Shown here in pieces: positions 50,482 to 60,845 of a stretch of 64,000 nucleotides of DNA. The stretch's first letter is position 1, and each line of letters starts with the position of its first letter. This DNA is from Candidatus Poribacteria bacterium (GTDB lineage Bacteria > Poribacteria > WGA-4E > WGA-3G), in NCBI GenBank assembly GCA_965242965.1, contig OZ251518.1, forward strand, positions 352,001 through 416,000. The letters run 5' to 3'. The position numbers and the translations under genes are program-made. A model generated the notes under the pieces. It made no database searches and was not told where the DNA came from. It saw only the letters and a program-made list of their open reading frames with translations.

Positions 50482-51006
50482 GTGATTTACTCACGTTCAA
50501 CCCATAAATTTCATTCCGTTTGGCTAGTCCTCCTCTGCATGGGACTCGCCGTTTTCATGCTCAGCTGCGGTGACGAAGGCGATCTGGTTGAGGACGAACC
50601 GAGCGGTATGACAGATATCGTCCAACCTGTTGCAACACCACCGCCGCCGCCAACACCTGAGCCGCCTGTCCAACCAGTTGTTGAGGAGCCGGTCGTTGAG
50701 GAGCCGGTTGTTGTGGAACCGAAGGTTTCGTTTGAGGCGGACATATCACCGATTCTTGAGGCGCGCTGTGCAATTCCGGGGTGCCACGCCGCCGCAGGTG
50801 CTGCAGCAAGGCTAAACCTCAGTCAATACGACACCTTTAAAAATGGCGGCAATAACGGTCCCGCCTTTGTTGCCGGTGATGGTGATGGCAGCCTCGTCGT
50901 CAAGCGCATTGATGGCGGCGGCATGCCTCCCATCCCACCGCCTCTCAATGACGAGGAGATTCAACTCTTCATTGATTGGATTGATGAAGGTGCCGAGGAC
51001 AATTAG
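50482..51006 (+). CDS. Lipoprotein with planctomycete-type cytochrome c domain (CX4CH)
   Basis: Lipobox MLSC, Pro-rich linker, ISPILEARCAIPGCH...GGMPP...WIDEGA. Confidence 0.78.
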   Translation: MIYSRSTHKFHSVWLVLLCMGLAVFMLSCGDEGDLVEDEPSGMTDIVQPVATPPPPPTPEPPVQPVVEEPVVEEPVVVEPKVSFEADISPILEARCAIPGCHAAAGAAARLNLSQYDTFKNGGNNGPAFVAGDGDGSLVVKRIDGGGMPPIPPPLNDEEIQLFIDWIDEGAEDN

Positions 51007-51048
51007 CCATATCCTAGCATTTTTCCGCTTTTGTGTCAAGGGCGGCAG

Positions 51049-51075
51049 AAAAAACGCCCCGCGGGGCGTTTTTTT
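51049..51075. terminator. Bidirectional intrinsic terminator
   Basis: AAAAAACGCCCCGCGGGGCGTTTTTTT palindrome. Confidence 0.75.
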
Positions 51076-51078
51076 AAT

Positions 51079-51508
51079 CAGGGTGTTTCATAATTCCGTT
51101 TCGGTATTTATCCCACCGTGGAGGGCAGGCGAATATCGCAAGGCATCGGGCCCACCTCTGTAGTTCGAGATCGGGCGATCTCGAACGGGTCAAGATCAGG
51201 CGATCTTGACCTACAGGGGTGAGGCAGTCTGACACCAACACGCATGGCGAGGGACAGGCCCTCGCCCTACGATGACGTGCCGTTTTTTCGCCGTAGCGCG
51301 GGGGCCTGTCCCCCGCGATCGTTGGATTGCGCATGCGCGGACGATGGCGAGGGAAACCCGCTCGGATGCGCGTGTGGCATCCGAGGGCCCTCGCGCTACG
51401 ATGAGGGGGGGCTTTCTGCCGCCGCTGCCCCGATAGGCGCGCCGCCCTACCGCATCGAGACCGGGAGGTCTCTCCTACCCGGAGGGCATCGATTTATGAA
51501 ACACCCTC
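51079..51508. mobile_element. MITE-like element with inverted ends
   Basis: CAGGGTGTTTCATAA ... TTATGAAACACCCTC. Confidence 0.8.
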
Positions 51509-51516
51509 AAAAAAAT

Positions 51517-51562
51517 TGCATTTTATGCAACCTTTCCCTCTTCAATTCGCGTCACTATATAA
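51517..51562 (+). promoter_or_regulatory. Putative ECF promoter
   Basis: GCATTTTATGCAACC-N17-CGTCA, repeated with the same spacing at 54585-54621. Confidence 0.6.
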
Positions 51563-51592
51563 TGAGGCAAACTTTTTTTGGAGGAACCAGCA

Positions 51593-54493
51593 ATGAAAAA
51601 CGTAGATGCTGAACTCATTGAAGCCTTTTTAGATGGCGACGAAGGTGCTTTCACCAAGTTGGTGAGGAAGCATGAAAAGGCTGTCCATGCGCTTGCGTGG
51701 CGGAAGGTAGGCGATTTTCAGGCCGCTGAGGAGATTACGCAAGATGCGTTCGTTAAGGTGTATCACAAGTTGTCCACGCTCAAAAACCGGAACCAGTTCG
51801 CGGGCTGGCTATATGTGATTACAGACCGGCTCTGTATCGAGTGGCATCGCAAGAAACGCGTTCCGATGGGGTCCTTGGAGGCGATGGCACCCGGTGAGCT
51901 TGAGGAGCACTATTACTCCGGGCATCTGGCGGCGGAACGGGAAGCGGCGGTTGCCGAGCGTAAGCGCGAGGCAGTCAAGCAAATTCTCCGGAGACTCCCG
52001 GAGAGTGAACGCACGGTTGTCTCGTTGCACTATCTCGGCGAGAAGACTTGCGAGGAAATCGGCGAGTCCCTCGGCGTGTCAACGAACACCGTCAAGAGTC
52101 GGCTGCATCGCGCGCGGAAGCGATTGAAAGCCGAGGCAGAGTCGCTCCGCGAGATGTTGGGCGATGTCCCCCTTCCAGCGATGTTCACGGGTAATATCCT
52201 ACGTGCTGTTGCGCGTGCAACACCGCCTGCGCCGAGCGGCGGTAACCCGTTAGTGCCGTGGGCGGTGTCGCTTTCAACGGCGGTATTGCTTTTCTTGCTG
52301 GCCGGTTTGGGTGCGCAGCACCTGCTCCGTTTCCAGCAACCGTATAGTTTTGTGGCAGACTCGGCAATGACGGTGGAGATTGTGGATGCGCCGGTGAGTC
52401 TTCCGCAGCAGGCGAAGCCGGCGTTGCGGACGCGGTTCGGCAACACGGCTGAGTCGGGTAAGCACCGCGGTGCTGGTTCGCGGACGGATGCGTTACTTGT
52501 AACCGCTGCTGCGGATGATGCACAGGTCTTGGATGCCGCACAGCGGTGGCATCAAACTAATGGGCCTTCAGGCGGCGCGGTCACGTCCCTTTTTGTCACC
52601 TCTGAAAATGAACTCTATGCCGTTGGAGAGGGGAGCCTTTTCAAGTTGGCTGCCGATAGAGAGACTTGGACTTTCGTCACCGGCGATTTGCCTGTTGACA
52701 ATTTCGGTTCGCCGATGGCAGAGCGGGGTGACACGCTCTATATTGCCTGCGAATCAGAATTGTTTGCGTCAACCGATGGCGGTGAAACGTGGGATTCTGT
52801 CGCGCCATGTCCGCCGGGCAATCGCGCGCTTGCCTTGCTCATTACCGACGATGCGTTTTATCTCGCGCTTGAGGCAGAGGGGATGTTTCGTTCCACCGAT
52901 GAAGGTAAAACGTGGCACCCGTTTAATGCGGGGTTAGCGCAGCCGTTGGCAGTGCGTCATCCGTCGACAGCCAACGCGATTTTGTCAGCCGCTGTTCTTG
53001 GAAACACAGTGTTTGCCGGAACAAGCCAAGGGCTCTATCGCCTTCATTCCAATAGAGAAGTGTGGGAGAAAATGCCGGTTGCAGGCAACCGCAAGATCTC
53101 TTCCATCGCTGTTGTTGAAAACCGCGTCTATTTCTGCGCCGATAAACAGCATGACGAACGTTCGTCGATGCTCTTCGTTTCAATCGACTACGGGGATTCG
53201 TGGGCAGAAATTACGCCTGAACTCCGGCAGAGGATGACACCGCTCACCGTCGGAGGTGTCAAATTAGTAGGCGCAGGGAAAACGGTCTTGGGACTCGGTG
53301 CCGGTGTGATACGTTCTACCGATAATGGCAACACGTGGGCCTATCTCGGTTTCCACCGGGATGCGTTTACCCTCCCGATGTTCCCCGCTGTGGCGTTGGA
53401 CGAAAAGACGTTCTTCTTAACGGGGCCGATGGGAGTCAGGCGTTCAACCGACGGCGGCCACACATGGCATGAATTGATGAATGGCATTGTGCAGACCCGA
53501 GTTTTGGATTTGGCACGGGTTAATAACGTTCTCTACGCCGCAACCTACGGAGGTATCTTCCAATCTGCGGACAGCGGTGAACGGTGGACAGAAGTGACTA
53601 TCGTTGGGTTACCGCCGCATTTTGAGGGCCGTTTAGGACATCCGAAAATTATAGTAGCGAACGGCACGCTTTACGTTAAAGCCTACCACTTGACCGAATG
53701 CTTTCTATTAGAGTTAGTTTCGGATGGGAATGTGTTGGTGCCGGTTGAAGGCATTCCACCGTTTGGAGAAGAGTATGGCGAGTGGTTAAGGAAAAATGCG
53801 GAGATTTTCTCCAAGACGAGCCTTGGTGAAGAAGCGGTGAACGAACTCGTGGGACAGAACCGGCGGGCATTTCAGAAACATGCGCGAGCCGGCGCATTCG
53901 CTGTCAGTGGGGAGACATTCTACTTTGGAGACGAACAGCGGCGGCTCTTCCGATGGAGGTTTGGCGGCAGTGAATGGCACGACACAGGCCTGGAAAATGC
54001 CCGCAGTCTTTCTCCCGACACTGACGATGGTTTCCGGTTAGCCGCTTCCAATGACGTTGTCTATGTTGGAAAAGGTGATGGACACCTCTTCCAATCGCGG
54101 GATAGCGGTGACACGTGGCAGGACATCACCGCGAACCTCCCCGCGTTCGGCAGTATTCAGGAGATAATGTTCGCGGGTTCAGCCGTATGCGTCGCCACAG
54201 ATACGGGAGTCGTCACGTCAAGCGATGGCGAAAATTGGTATCCTATCACCGATGCATCGGAAGTCCCGATTGTGATGCGCGAGTTGGCGATAGACGGCTC
54301 TCGTGTTTACGGTGCAGCTGGTGAGGCTGTCTATCGGCTAAAACACGAGACCTTGACGTGGGTGCAGATTGCATCAGAGCTGCCGGAGGGAGTGACTTCT
54401 CTCGTTGCTGATGGGGATGTGTTGTATATAGGCACAGAGGGACGCGGCGTGCTTCGGTTGCAGGTTAACCGCGACGAGGAGATAGACAAGTAG
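51593..54493 (+). CDS. ECF sigma factor fused to a TM helix and an extracytoplasmic BNR/beta-propeller domain
   Basis: AEEITQDAF, FAGWLY and EIGESLGVS.NTVKSRLHRAR motifs; hydrophobic segment; repeated RSTDGGxTW. Confidence 0.88.
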   Translation: MKNVDAELIEAFLDGDEGAFTKLVRKHEKAVHALAWRKVGDFQAAEEITQDAFVKVYHKLSTLKNRNQFAGWLYVITDRLCIEWHRKKRVPMGSLEAMAPGELEEHYYSGHLAAEREAAVAERKREAVKQILRRLPESERTVVSLHYLGEKTCEEIGESLGVSTNTVKSRLHRARKRLKAEAESLREMLGDVPLPAMFTGNILRAVARATPPAPSGGNPLVPWAVSLSTAVLLFLLAGLGAQHLLRFQQPYSFVADSAMTVEIVDAPVSLPQQAKPALRTRFGNTAESGKHRGAGSRTDALLVTAAADDAQVLDAAQRWHQTNGPSGGAVTSLFVTSENELYAVGEGSLFKLAADRETWTFVTGDLPVDNFGSPMAERGDTLYIACESELFASTDGGETWDSVAPCPPGNRALALLITDDAFYLALEAEGMFRSTDEGKTWHPFNAGLAQPLAVRHPSTANAILSAAVLGNTVFAGTSQGLYRLHSNREVWEKMPVAGNRKISSIAVVENRVYFCADKQHDERSSMLFVSIDYGDSWAEITPELRQRMTPLTVGGVKLVGAGKTVLGLGAGVIRSTDNGNTWAYLGFHRDAFTLPMFPAVALDEKTFFLTGPMGVRRSTDGGHTWHELMNGIVQTRVLDLARVNNVLYAATYGGIFQSADSGERWTEVTIVGLPPHFEGRLGHPKIIVANGTLYVKAYHLTECFLLELVSDGNVLVPVEGIPPFGEEYGEWLRKNAEIFSKTSLGEEAVNELVGQNRRAFQKHARAGAFAVSGETFYFGDEQRRLFRWRFGGSEWHDTGLENARSLSPDTDDGFRLAASNDVVYVGKGDGHLFQSRDSGDTWQDITANLPAFGSIQEIMFAGSAVCVATDTGVVTSSDGENWYPITDASEVPIVMRELAIDGSRVYGAAGEAVYRLKHETLTWVQIASELPEGVTSLVADGDVLYIGTEGRGVLRLQVNRDEEIDK

Positions 54494-54584
54494 TTCTCCG
54501 CGTATATTGGGAGGAGTTGTGCACTTGTTTATACTGCGATTTTGATCTAATCCGGTCGATTGTGACTGAATTTTTCAAAAAATC

Positions 54585-54629
54585 GCATTTTATGCAACCT
54601 CTACTCCCTGAATACGCGTCATTATATAG
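54585..54629 (+). promoter_or_regulatory. Putative ECF promoter (second copy)
   Basis: GCATTTTATGCAACC-N17-CGTCA. Confidence 0.6.
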
Positions 54630-54697
54630 TGACAGCTGAGAAGTGCTCAGCATGTTCGGATATGGAAAAACCAAATGCGAAAATAAGGAATCCCCCA

Positions 54698-55486
54698 ATG
54701 AAACTATTTCAGATATTAACTGTGTGGACGCTCGTTTGCCTCTTGTTTAACTCGGGATGTCTGGACCGGCCCAATGACATAGTTGATATAACAACTGAGG
54801 CAGCCGACTCGGCGGTTGAGACGGCGGAATCCGAAGATGCCGCAACTCCGCCAACGGCCGAGCAAACATTTGCCAAACTGCAAACCGCGTTTCCAACCGT
54901 TTTCGATGCCGAGTTCAAAACGCTCAGGAAAATCGTCAATTCAAAAACCTATCTCGATTTTCTACGGCGGGAGAACTCAATTGATAAAACGGTTCAGGAT
55001 TTTGATGAACTGTTAGAAGTCGTTCCTCCACCGACGGAGCGTTACTTGCCGTTTTTGGAGGAACATTTTAAGAACCCCGGTGACATAGACGTAGTCGGCA
55101 TGCATCGCATGACGATATACACGCGCAACATGTTAGCGCGGCTGTGCGAAAACCCGCAGAACATATTTCTTATCATGAACGATCTTGCGCAGGCCTCTGG
55201 GAACGATGAGCATATTGACAAATGGATGTCCTTCCGCTTTGGAAATCAGGCTCCTGATGTCATTGAGCTCTTCAGCGCGACCGTGGCTGATTTCGTCAAG
55301 AAAGTTGAAAGCGAAGATCAGGCACGTATCCAGGAGCACTTTGAACAATATGGTAGGAATGCGGGGCTGTTATGGCTTGCACTCCGCGAACCTGTTTTAA
55401 TCGGCCACATCTTGAACGATTTTCCGAATACGGACATTTTCCTGCGTTGGGTTGATGGAAAATGTAATCAACTTGATGTGCACTAA
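54698..55486 (+). CDS. Hypothetical lipoprotein
   Basis: MKLFQILTVWTLVCLLFNSGC lipobox; AAGGA SD. Confidence 0.7.
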   Translation: MKLFQILTVWTLVCLLFNSGCLDRPNDIVDITTEAADSAVETAESEDAATPPTAEQTFAKLQTAFPTVFDAEFKTLRKIVNSKTYLDFLRRENSIDKTVQDFDELLEVVPPPTERYLPFLEEHFKNPGDIDVVGMHRMTIYTRNMLARLCENPQNIFLIMNDLAQASGNDEHIDKWMSFRFGNQAPDVIELFSATVADFVKKVESEDQARIQEHFEQYGRNAGLLWLALREPVLIGHILNDFPNTDIFLRWVDGKCNQLDVH

Positions 55487-55489
55487 CCT

Positions 55490-56109
55490 GAGGGTGTTTC
55501 ATAACTCCGTTTCGGTATTTATCCCTCTTGGGGAGCAGGCGACTCCCGCGCCTTCTTGGTAGGAGAGACCTCCCGGTCTCGATGCAATAGGGCGGCGCGC
55601 CTACCGGAGCCGCGGCGGCAGAAGGTCCCCCTTCATCGTAGGGCGAGGGCCTGTCCCTCGCCATCGCTCGCGCAACCCAACGATCGCGGGGGACAGGCCC
55701 CCGCGCTACGGTATCCGGAACGGCTCCATTTACCGTAGGGCGAGGGCCTGTCCCTCGCCATGCTGCGATCGCGGAGAAACCCGCTCGCCTGCGCATATGG
55801 AAATTTCCGAGGGCCCCCGCGCGACAGAGCCTGAAACGCTCGCGGGGGACAGGCCCCCGCGCTACGGTAGCCGGAACGGCTCCATTTACCGTAGGACGAG
55901 GGCCCTCGCATGCCACACGCGCATGCGAGAGGGTTTCCCTCGCCATGCGTTTGGCTGTCAAACCTCATCACCTCTGTAGGTCAGGATCGCCTGATCCTGA
56001 CCCGTTCGGGTGCAGGCGCACCCGAACTACAGAGGTGGGCCCGATGTTTTCCGAATCGTTCGAGGTCTCACGAAATCATTTTGACAACAACGACTTATGA
56101 AACACCCTC
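55490..56109. mobile_element. MITE-like element with perfect 15-bp inverted ends
   Basis: GAGGGTGTTTCATAA ... TTATGAAACACCCTC. Confidence 0.82.
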
Positions 56110-56326
56110 GTTTAATTATAATTCGCACGGTAACTATCACCGCTCGTTTTTCGCCGCTATTGTGTTTTCACAATAGCGGCTTTTTTTGTTTGACAAAAAA
56201 GTGCATTTTTGCTAAATTGAAAAGAGGATGATTCCGCTGGATAATGACGCTAGCAGAATCCCTTTTCTGGCGCGGGTTACCTCAACTCGCGCACGACTTA
56301 AACGACTAACCTAAAGGAGAAATACA

Positions 56327-57163
56327 ATGATGAAACGAACCTACCTGATGACGCTCATCGCGTTGTTTTCGATGATTTTTCTCAGCTACGCGAGCGCGCA
56401 AGTTATCTTTTTCGCTGACTTTGAAGCCGATTCTTCCGAGGCTATCCCGGATGCCAGCGTCAATGACCCGGGCAGTTACGAACCGGAGAACCCCGGCATG
56501 GCATGGGAGGCAGCGTCTGATTTCCCCGAAGGCGGAGAGGGCGCGCTCCACCAGACCGTGGAAGGCTGCGGCAACTCCGGCAACACGCCGTTACCCGGCG
56601 TTGAGGATTTCACCGACGGTATCATTCAGGGTGTTTTCTCGTGGCAAGATGACGATGGCGTTGGATTCCAATTCCGCCGCGTCGGCGAAGACCAGGGCTA
56701 TCTCGTCGCTTTCGGCTATAACGAGACACCGCAGATTGTCATCGGCAGCCTCGCCGATGGATGCTGCCCCTCCGGGCAATGTCTCGACCAGTGCAGCTGC
56801 GAAAACGGCGGCAATGAGCTCCTCGGCGTAGACCACGGTTTAGGCCCAGAGCTCTCGCAAGACAATTCTGTCGCCTACTTTGGGCGGGTTGAAGTGACTG
56901 GCACGCTCATCCAGGTCTGGTATATGCCGCTTGCGGATGTGCCGGATCTGTTTGTCGATTCCGGTGAACTCGGCGATCCGGTCGCGGAGTTCGATGGGGC
57001 AGACCACGGCGGACCCGGCAGTGTCGGCATTTGGCACGAGAGTTGGGGCAACGGCCGCGTCGGCAGTTTGCTTGTCACCGGTCCGGATGGCTTCTCCACG
57101 ACAGATGTCGATCCGCGCGCCAAACTCTCCACGACATGGGGCGATGTGAAAAACAGTTATTAA
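56327..57163 (+). CDS. Secreted acidic Cys-motif protein (paralog 1)
   Basis: Signal peptide; CCPSGQCLDQCSCENGG; C-terminal KLSTTWGDVK. Confidence 0.8.
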   Translation: MMKRTYLMTLIALFSMIFLSYASAQVIFFADFEADSSEAIPDASVNDPGSYEPENPGMAWEAASDFPEGGEGALHQTVEGCGNSGNTPLPGVEDFTDGIIQGVFSWQDDDGVGFQFRRVGEDQGYLVAFGYNETPQIVIGSLADGCCPSGQCLDQCSCENGGNELLGVDHGLGPELSQDNSVAYFGRVEVTGTLIQVWYMPLADVPDLFVDSGELGDPVAEFDGADHGGPGSVGIWHESWGNGRVGSLLVTGPDGFSTTDVDPRAKLSTTWGDVKNSY

Positions 57164-57336
57164 GACGTGGACAGACGTAAATCTATCGTTTCCGGTAGGC
57201 GCGGTTTGAAATCGCGCCTACTGGTGACGTTCTGCGTCCGTCCTGAAAGTTCAGGCTGCGCGCTTTGCAAGTGCTTCTGAGCCTGAGCACGGCACGTTTT
57301 CGTGCCATCCTTCCTGACATACAAAGGAGCGATTTC

Positions 57337-58164
57337 ATGAAGACGCAACTCATCTTTTCGATTCTGATTTTAGTGCTATTTGTTTCTTTTCACGCCGGTG
57401 CCCAGGTCGCCTTCTATGCGGATTTTGAGCCCGGCTCAAACGAGGCGAAACCGAACGCCGCTGTGAACGACATCAAGCGGTATAAACCGGAGAACGCGGG
57501 AACCATCTGGGGCGAAGCAGATTTCAAAGGCGGTAAACTCGGCGGGAAAACTGCGATGGCGCAAACCGCCGAGGGCTGCGGTATCTCTGGCAATACGCCG
57601 CTTCCCGGCGTTACAGACTTCTCCGATGGCATCATCCAAGTGATTTTCTCCTTCGGCGATGACGATAGTTTCGGTGTGCAATTCCGCAGAAAGGGCGATG
57701 ATAAAGGGTATCTCGTCGTTTTCGGCTATAACGAAACGTCGCAAGTCATTTTCGCCGACCTCGCCGATGGATGTTGTCCCTCCGGGCAATGTCTCGACCA
57801 GTGCGGCTGCGAGAACGGCGGCAAGGAATTGGAAGGTGTTCCCCACGGGTTAGGCGGTGGGTTGGACCAGACGAATGCCGTCCCCTACTTGGGCCGCGTG
57901 GAGGTAAAGGGCAACAACGTCAAAGTCTGGTATATGAAACTTGAGGAAGTCAAGGACCTCCATGCTTCTTCCGAAGACCTCGGGGCTCCTATCCTTGAGT
58001 CGGACAAGGCGACGAACAAGTCGGCTGGGAGTGTCGGTATCTGGCACGAAAGTTGGGGCATGGGACGCGTGGATAGCATCCTCGTCACAACCGCCAGCGG
58101 CTTTGATGTTCATGTCAAAGACAAATTGACGACGACGTGGGGCGATGTGAAGAGCGGGTATTAG
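57337..58164 (+). CDS. Secreted Cys-motif protein (paralog 2)
   Basis: AAGGAG SD; signal peptide; CCPSGQCLDQCGCENGG; KLTTTWGDVK. Confidence 0.8.
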   Translation: MKTQLIFSILILVLFVSFHAGAQVAFYADFEPGSNEAKPNAAVNDIKRYKPENAGTIWGEADFKGGKLGGKTAMAQTAEGCGISGNTPLPGVTDFSDGIIQVIFSFGDDDSFGVQFRRKGDDKGYLVVFGYNETSQVIFADLADGCCPSGQCLDQCGCENGGKELEGVPHGLGGGLDQTNAVPYLGRVEVKGNNVKVWYMKLEEVKDLHASSEDLGAPILESDKATNKSAGSVGIWHESWGMGRVDSILVTTASGFDVHVKDKLTTTWGDVKSGY

Positions 58165-58700
58165 GCCGTGCCTATGCTCGGCGCGCGAGGGATAGGCCCT
58201 CGCGCGCGCCCCAGTTTGGCGAGGGAAACCCTCTCGGATGCGCGTATGGCATCCGAGGGCCCAAGCCCTACGAACCAGGAAACGGTTTTTGTCCCGTTCG
58301 TAGGTTGGCGAGGGGAACCCTCTCGCCTGCGCGTATGGCATGCGAGGGCCCTCGCCCTCCGGTGCGATGGAGCGTTTTTTTCACCGTAGCGCGGGGGCCT
58401 GTCCCCCGCGATCGCAGCATGGCAAGGGGAACCAGCTCGGATGCGCGTATGGCATCCGAGGGCCCCCGCCCTCCGGTGAGAAGGAGCATTTTTATCGTAG
58501 CGCGGGGGCCTGTCCCCCGCGATCGCAGCATGGCGAGGGACAGGCCCTCGCCCTACGGTGCAAGAGATGGTTATTTTGTTGCATTCGTAGGCTGGCGAGG
58601 GACAGGCCCTCGCCCTACGGTATATTGGCTTGGCGAGGGAAACCCGCTCGGATGCGCGTATGGCATGCGAGGGCCCTCGCCCTACGATTCAGGAGACGGT
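58165..58700. repeat. REP-like array
   Basis: GGATGCGCGTATGGCATCC and shared modules. Confidence 0.82.
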
Positions 58701-58730
58701 TTTCAGAAGACGGTTTTTAGGAGGCCCACC

Positions 58731-60002
58731 ATGAAAGTTACAAACGTTGAACGTATTCTCGTAGATGTCCCCTTCACCCCGCGCCAACAGCAAATTACCA
58801 CGCAAAGCGTTTCCACTGTCTACAACTGGTCCCTCCTTGAATTGTGCAAGGTGACGACAGATAGCGGGCATGTAGGTTGGGGTGAGACGGTTATCCACTA
58901 TACTTATCGCCGTGTGAGCGATGAGAGCGTGGCGCGCGTGCTTGGAGAAAGTCCCGCCGCCCTCATGAACGATGATTCCCTCGGTGCCGGCTTGCAGATG
59001 GCACTTTTCGATGTGGTAGGTAAGATTTTAGAGGTGCCGGTGTATCAACTGCTCGGCATGCAGTGTCGCGAGGCTGTGCCTATTTCGTGGTGGAGCATTG
59101 ATGCTTCGCCTGAGAGCTGGGCGGCGGAAGCGGCAGATGCCGTTGCGCACGGCTACACCAGCTTTAAGAATAAACCGCGCCCGTGGTGGGATATTATTGC
59201 GCAGGTGGAGGCAGTCGCGGCGGTTGTGCCGGACAATTTCAAGTTGGATCTGGATCCGAACGCTTCCTTGCGCGATGCCGATACAGCCATCCCGATTTTG
59301 CAGAAATTGGCGGCCTATCCAAACGTGGCGATGTTTGAGACACCGATTCCACAGAGTGATGTAGCGGGAAATAAGCAGATTCGGCAGGCTGTTGACAGGC
59401 CGATTGCGATGCACTTTGGTTCGCCGCCCTATACCACTTGCGTTCGTGAGGATGTGTGCAGTGGTTTCGTCATCGGCGGTGGGAAATCGCAGGTAATGCG
59501 CGAGGGGCAACTCAGTGCAGCAGCGGACATGCCGTTCTGGCTCCAGATCGTCGGTAACGGCTTGACGACGACGTGGGCAGGGCATTTGGGGAGTGTGCTG
59601 ACGCATGCCACCTGGCCGGCGATTACCTGCATCAATCTTTATAGTGAGCACCTCATTACGCAACCGGTTCAGGTTTCGGAAGGCGTTCACAAGATTCCCG
59701 ATGCGCCGGGGTTAGGCGTTGAGGTGGACGAAGACGCTGTTGAACGCTTCCGCGTCCCCGCCGAAAAGTTGGATGCTGAGGGTTACACGATTCATCCCGT
59801 GCCGGAGATAATCAAAACCGCTGTTTATCCTGATGGCAGTTGTATCCATATGGCGGGTGATGGGTTGGGTTATTTCAACGCTGGCAACGGCGAGGCGCAG
59901 GTAGAAGGCGCGCGTTTGGCGTTGACATTCAACGACGGTTCTGATGCGTGGGCAAAATTGTTTGCGCAGGCGGGCGAGGCACCGGTGCATGGGGAGTGGT
60001 AA
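58731..60002 (+). CDS. Mandelate racemase/muconate lactonizing enzyme family protein
   Basis: GWGE, ALFDVVGK, FKNK, LDPN, FETP and PGLGVEVDE motifs; AGGAGG SD. Confidence 0.88.
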   Translation: MKVTNVERILVDVPFTPRQQQITTQSVSTVYNWSLLELCKVTTDSGHVGWGETVIHYTYRRVSDESVARVLGESPAALMNDDSLGAGLQMALFDVVGKILEVPVYQLLGMQCREAVPISWWSIDASPESWAAEAADAVAHGYTSFKNKPRPWWDIIAQVEAVAAVVPDNFKLDLDPNASLRDADTAIPILQKLAAYPNVAMFETPIPQSDVAGNKQIRQAVDRPIAMHFGSPPYTTCVREDVCSGFVIGGGKSQVMREGQLSAAADMPFWLQIVGNGLTTTWAGHLGSVLTHATWPAITCINLYSEHLITQPVQVSEGVHKIPDAPGLGVEVDEDAVERFRVPAEKLDAEGYTIHPVPEIIKTAVYPDGSCIHMAGDGLGYFNAGNGEAQVEGARLALTFNDGSDAWAKLFAQAGEAPVHGEW

Positions 60003-60049
60003 TGCCGCGAAGCGCGTCTCTTTCGTCAAGGAAGTCAATCCAAACGCCG

Positions 60050-60712
60050 TTTTTTTTATCCTAGCGTGATGGCCTGTCCCCCGCGAGCGTTGGAGCGCGC
60101 GGACGATGGCGAGGGACAGGCCCTCGCCCTACGATGAAGGGGCGTTTTTTTCCGTAGCGCGGGGGCCCTCGGATGCCAGACGCGCATCCGAGCGGGTTTC
60201 CCCCGCGATGGCTCAAGCACCGTTTTTTTTTCGTAGCGCGGGGGCCTGTCCCCCGCGATCGTCCATCGTCAAGTTATGTTTTTAGGTCCTACGGACTGAA
60301 GAGAACAAGAAACGTTTTTTTTCATTCTGTAGTTTGTGATCGCCTGATCACAAACGGTTCAGGAGCAGGTGCTCCTGAACTACAGGGCCTGGCGCGCGAA
60401 GGATGGCGAGGGACAGGCCCTCGCCCTACGGTAAGGCACGCCGTTTTTTCGCGTAGCGCGGGGGCCTGTCCCCCGCGATCGTTGGAGCGCGCGGACGATG
60501 GCGAGGGGAACCCGGCAGGCGTTGGGCCCACCTCTGTAGTTCGGGAGCACCCGCTCCCGAACGGGTCAAGATCAGGCGATCTTGACCTACAGGGGTGAGG
60601 CAGTCTGACACCAACACGCATGGCGAGGGACAGGCCCTCGCCCTACGGTGAAAGCGGCAATCAAGCCTGGCGAGGGAAACCCGTGCCGTTGGATGATTTA
60701 TGAAACACCCTC
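60050..60712. repeat. REP/MITE-like composite
   Basis: Shared modules; right end TTATGAAACACCCTC. Confidence 0.82.
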
Positions 60713-60845
60713 ATCTAACAGAGGAACTAGACATGGCATGCAAAATGTTAAAACGCAAAATTTACAATGCTCTCATCTGACAAAACTATTGCTTTTTTTT
60801 CAACGTATGCTATAATGATGTCAATTCACATGCTTAGGGAGAAAA

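Noticed and set aside
58137-58730. 200-aa N-terminal extension of the enolase-family ORF
   Set aside because: Read-through of a REP array; AGGAGG supports ATG 58731
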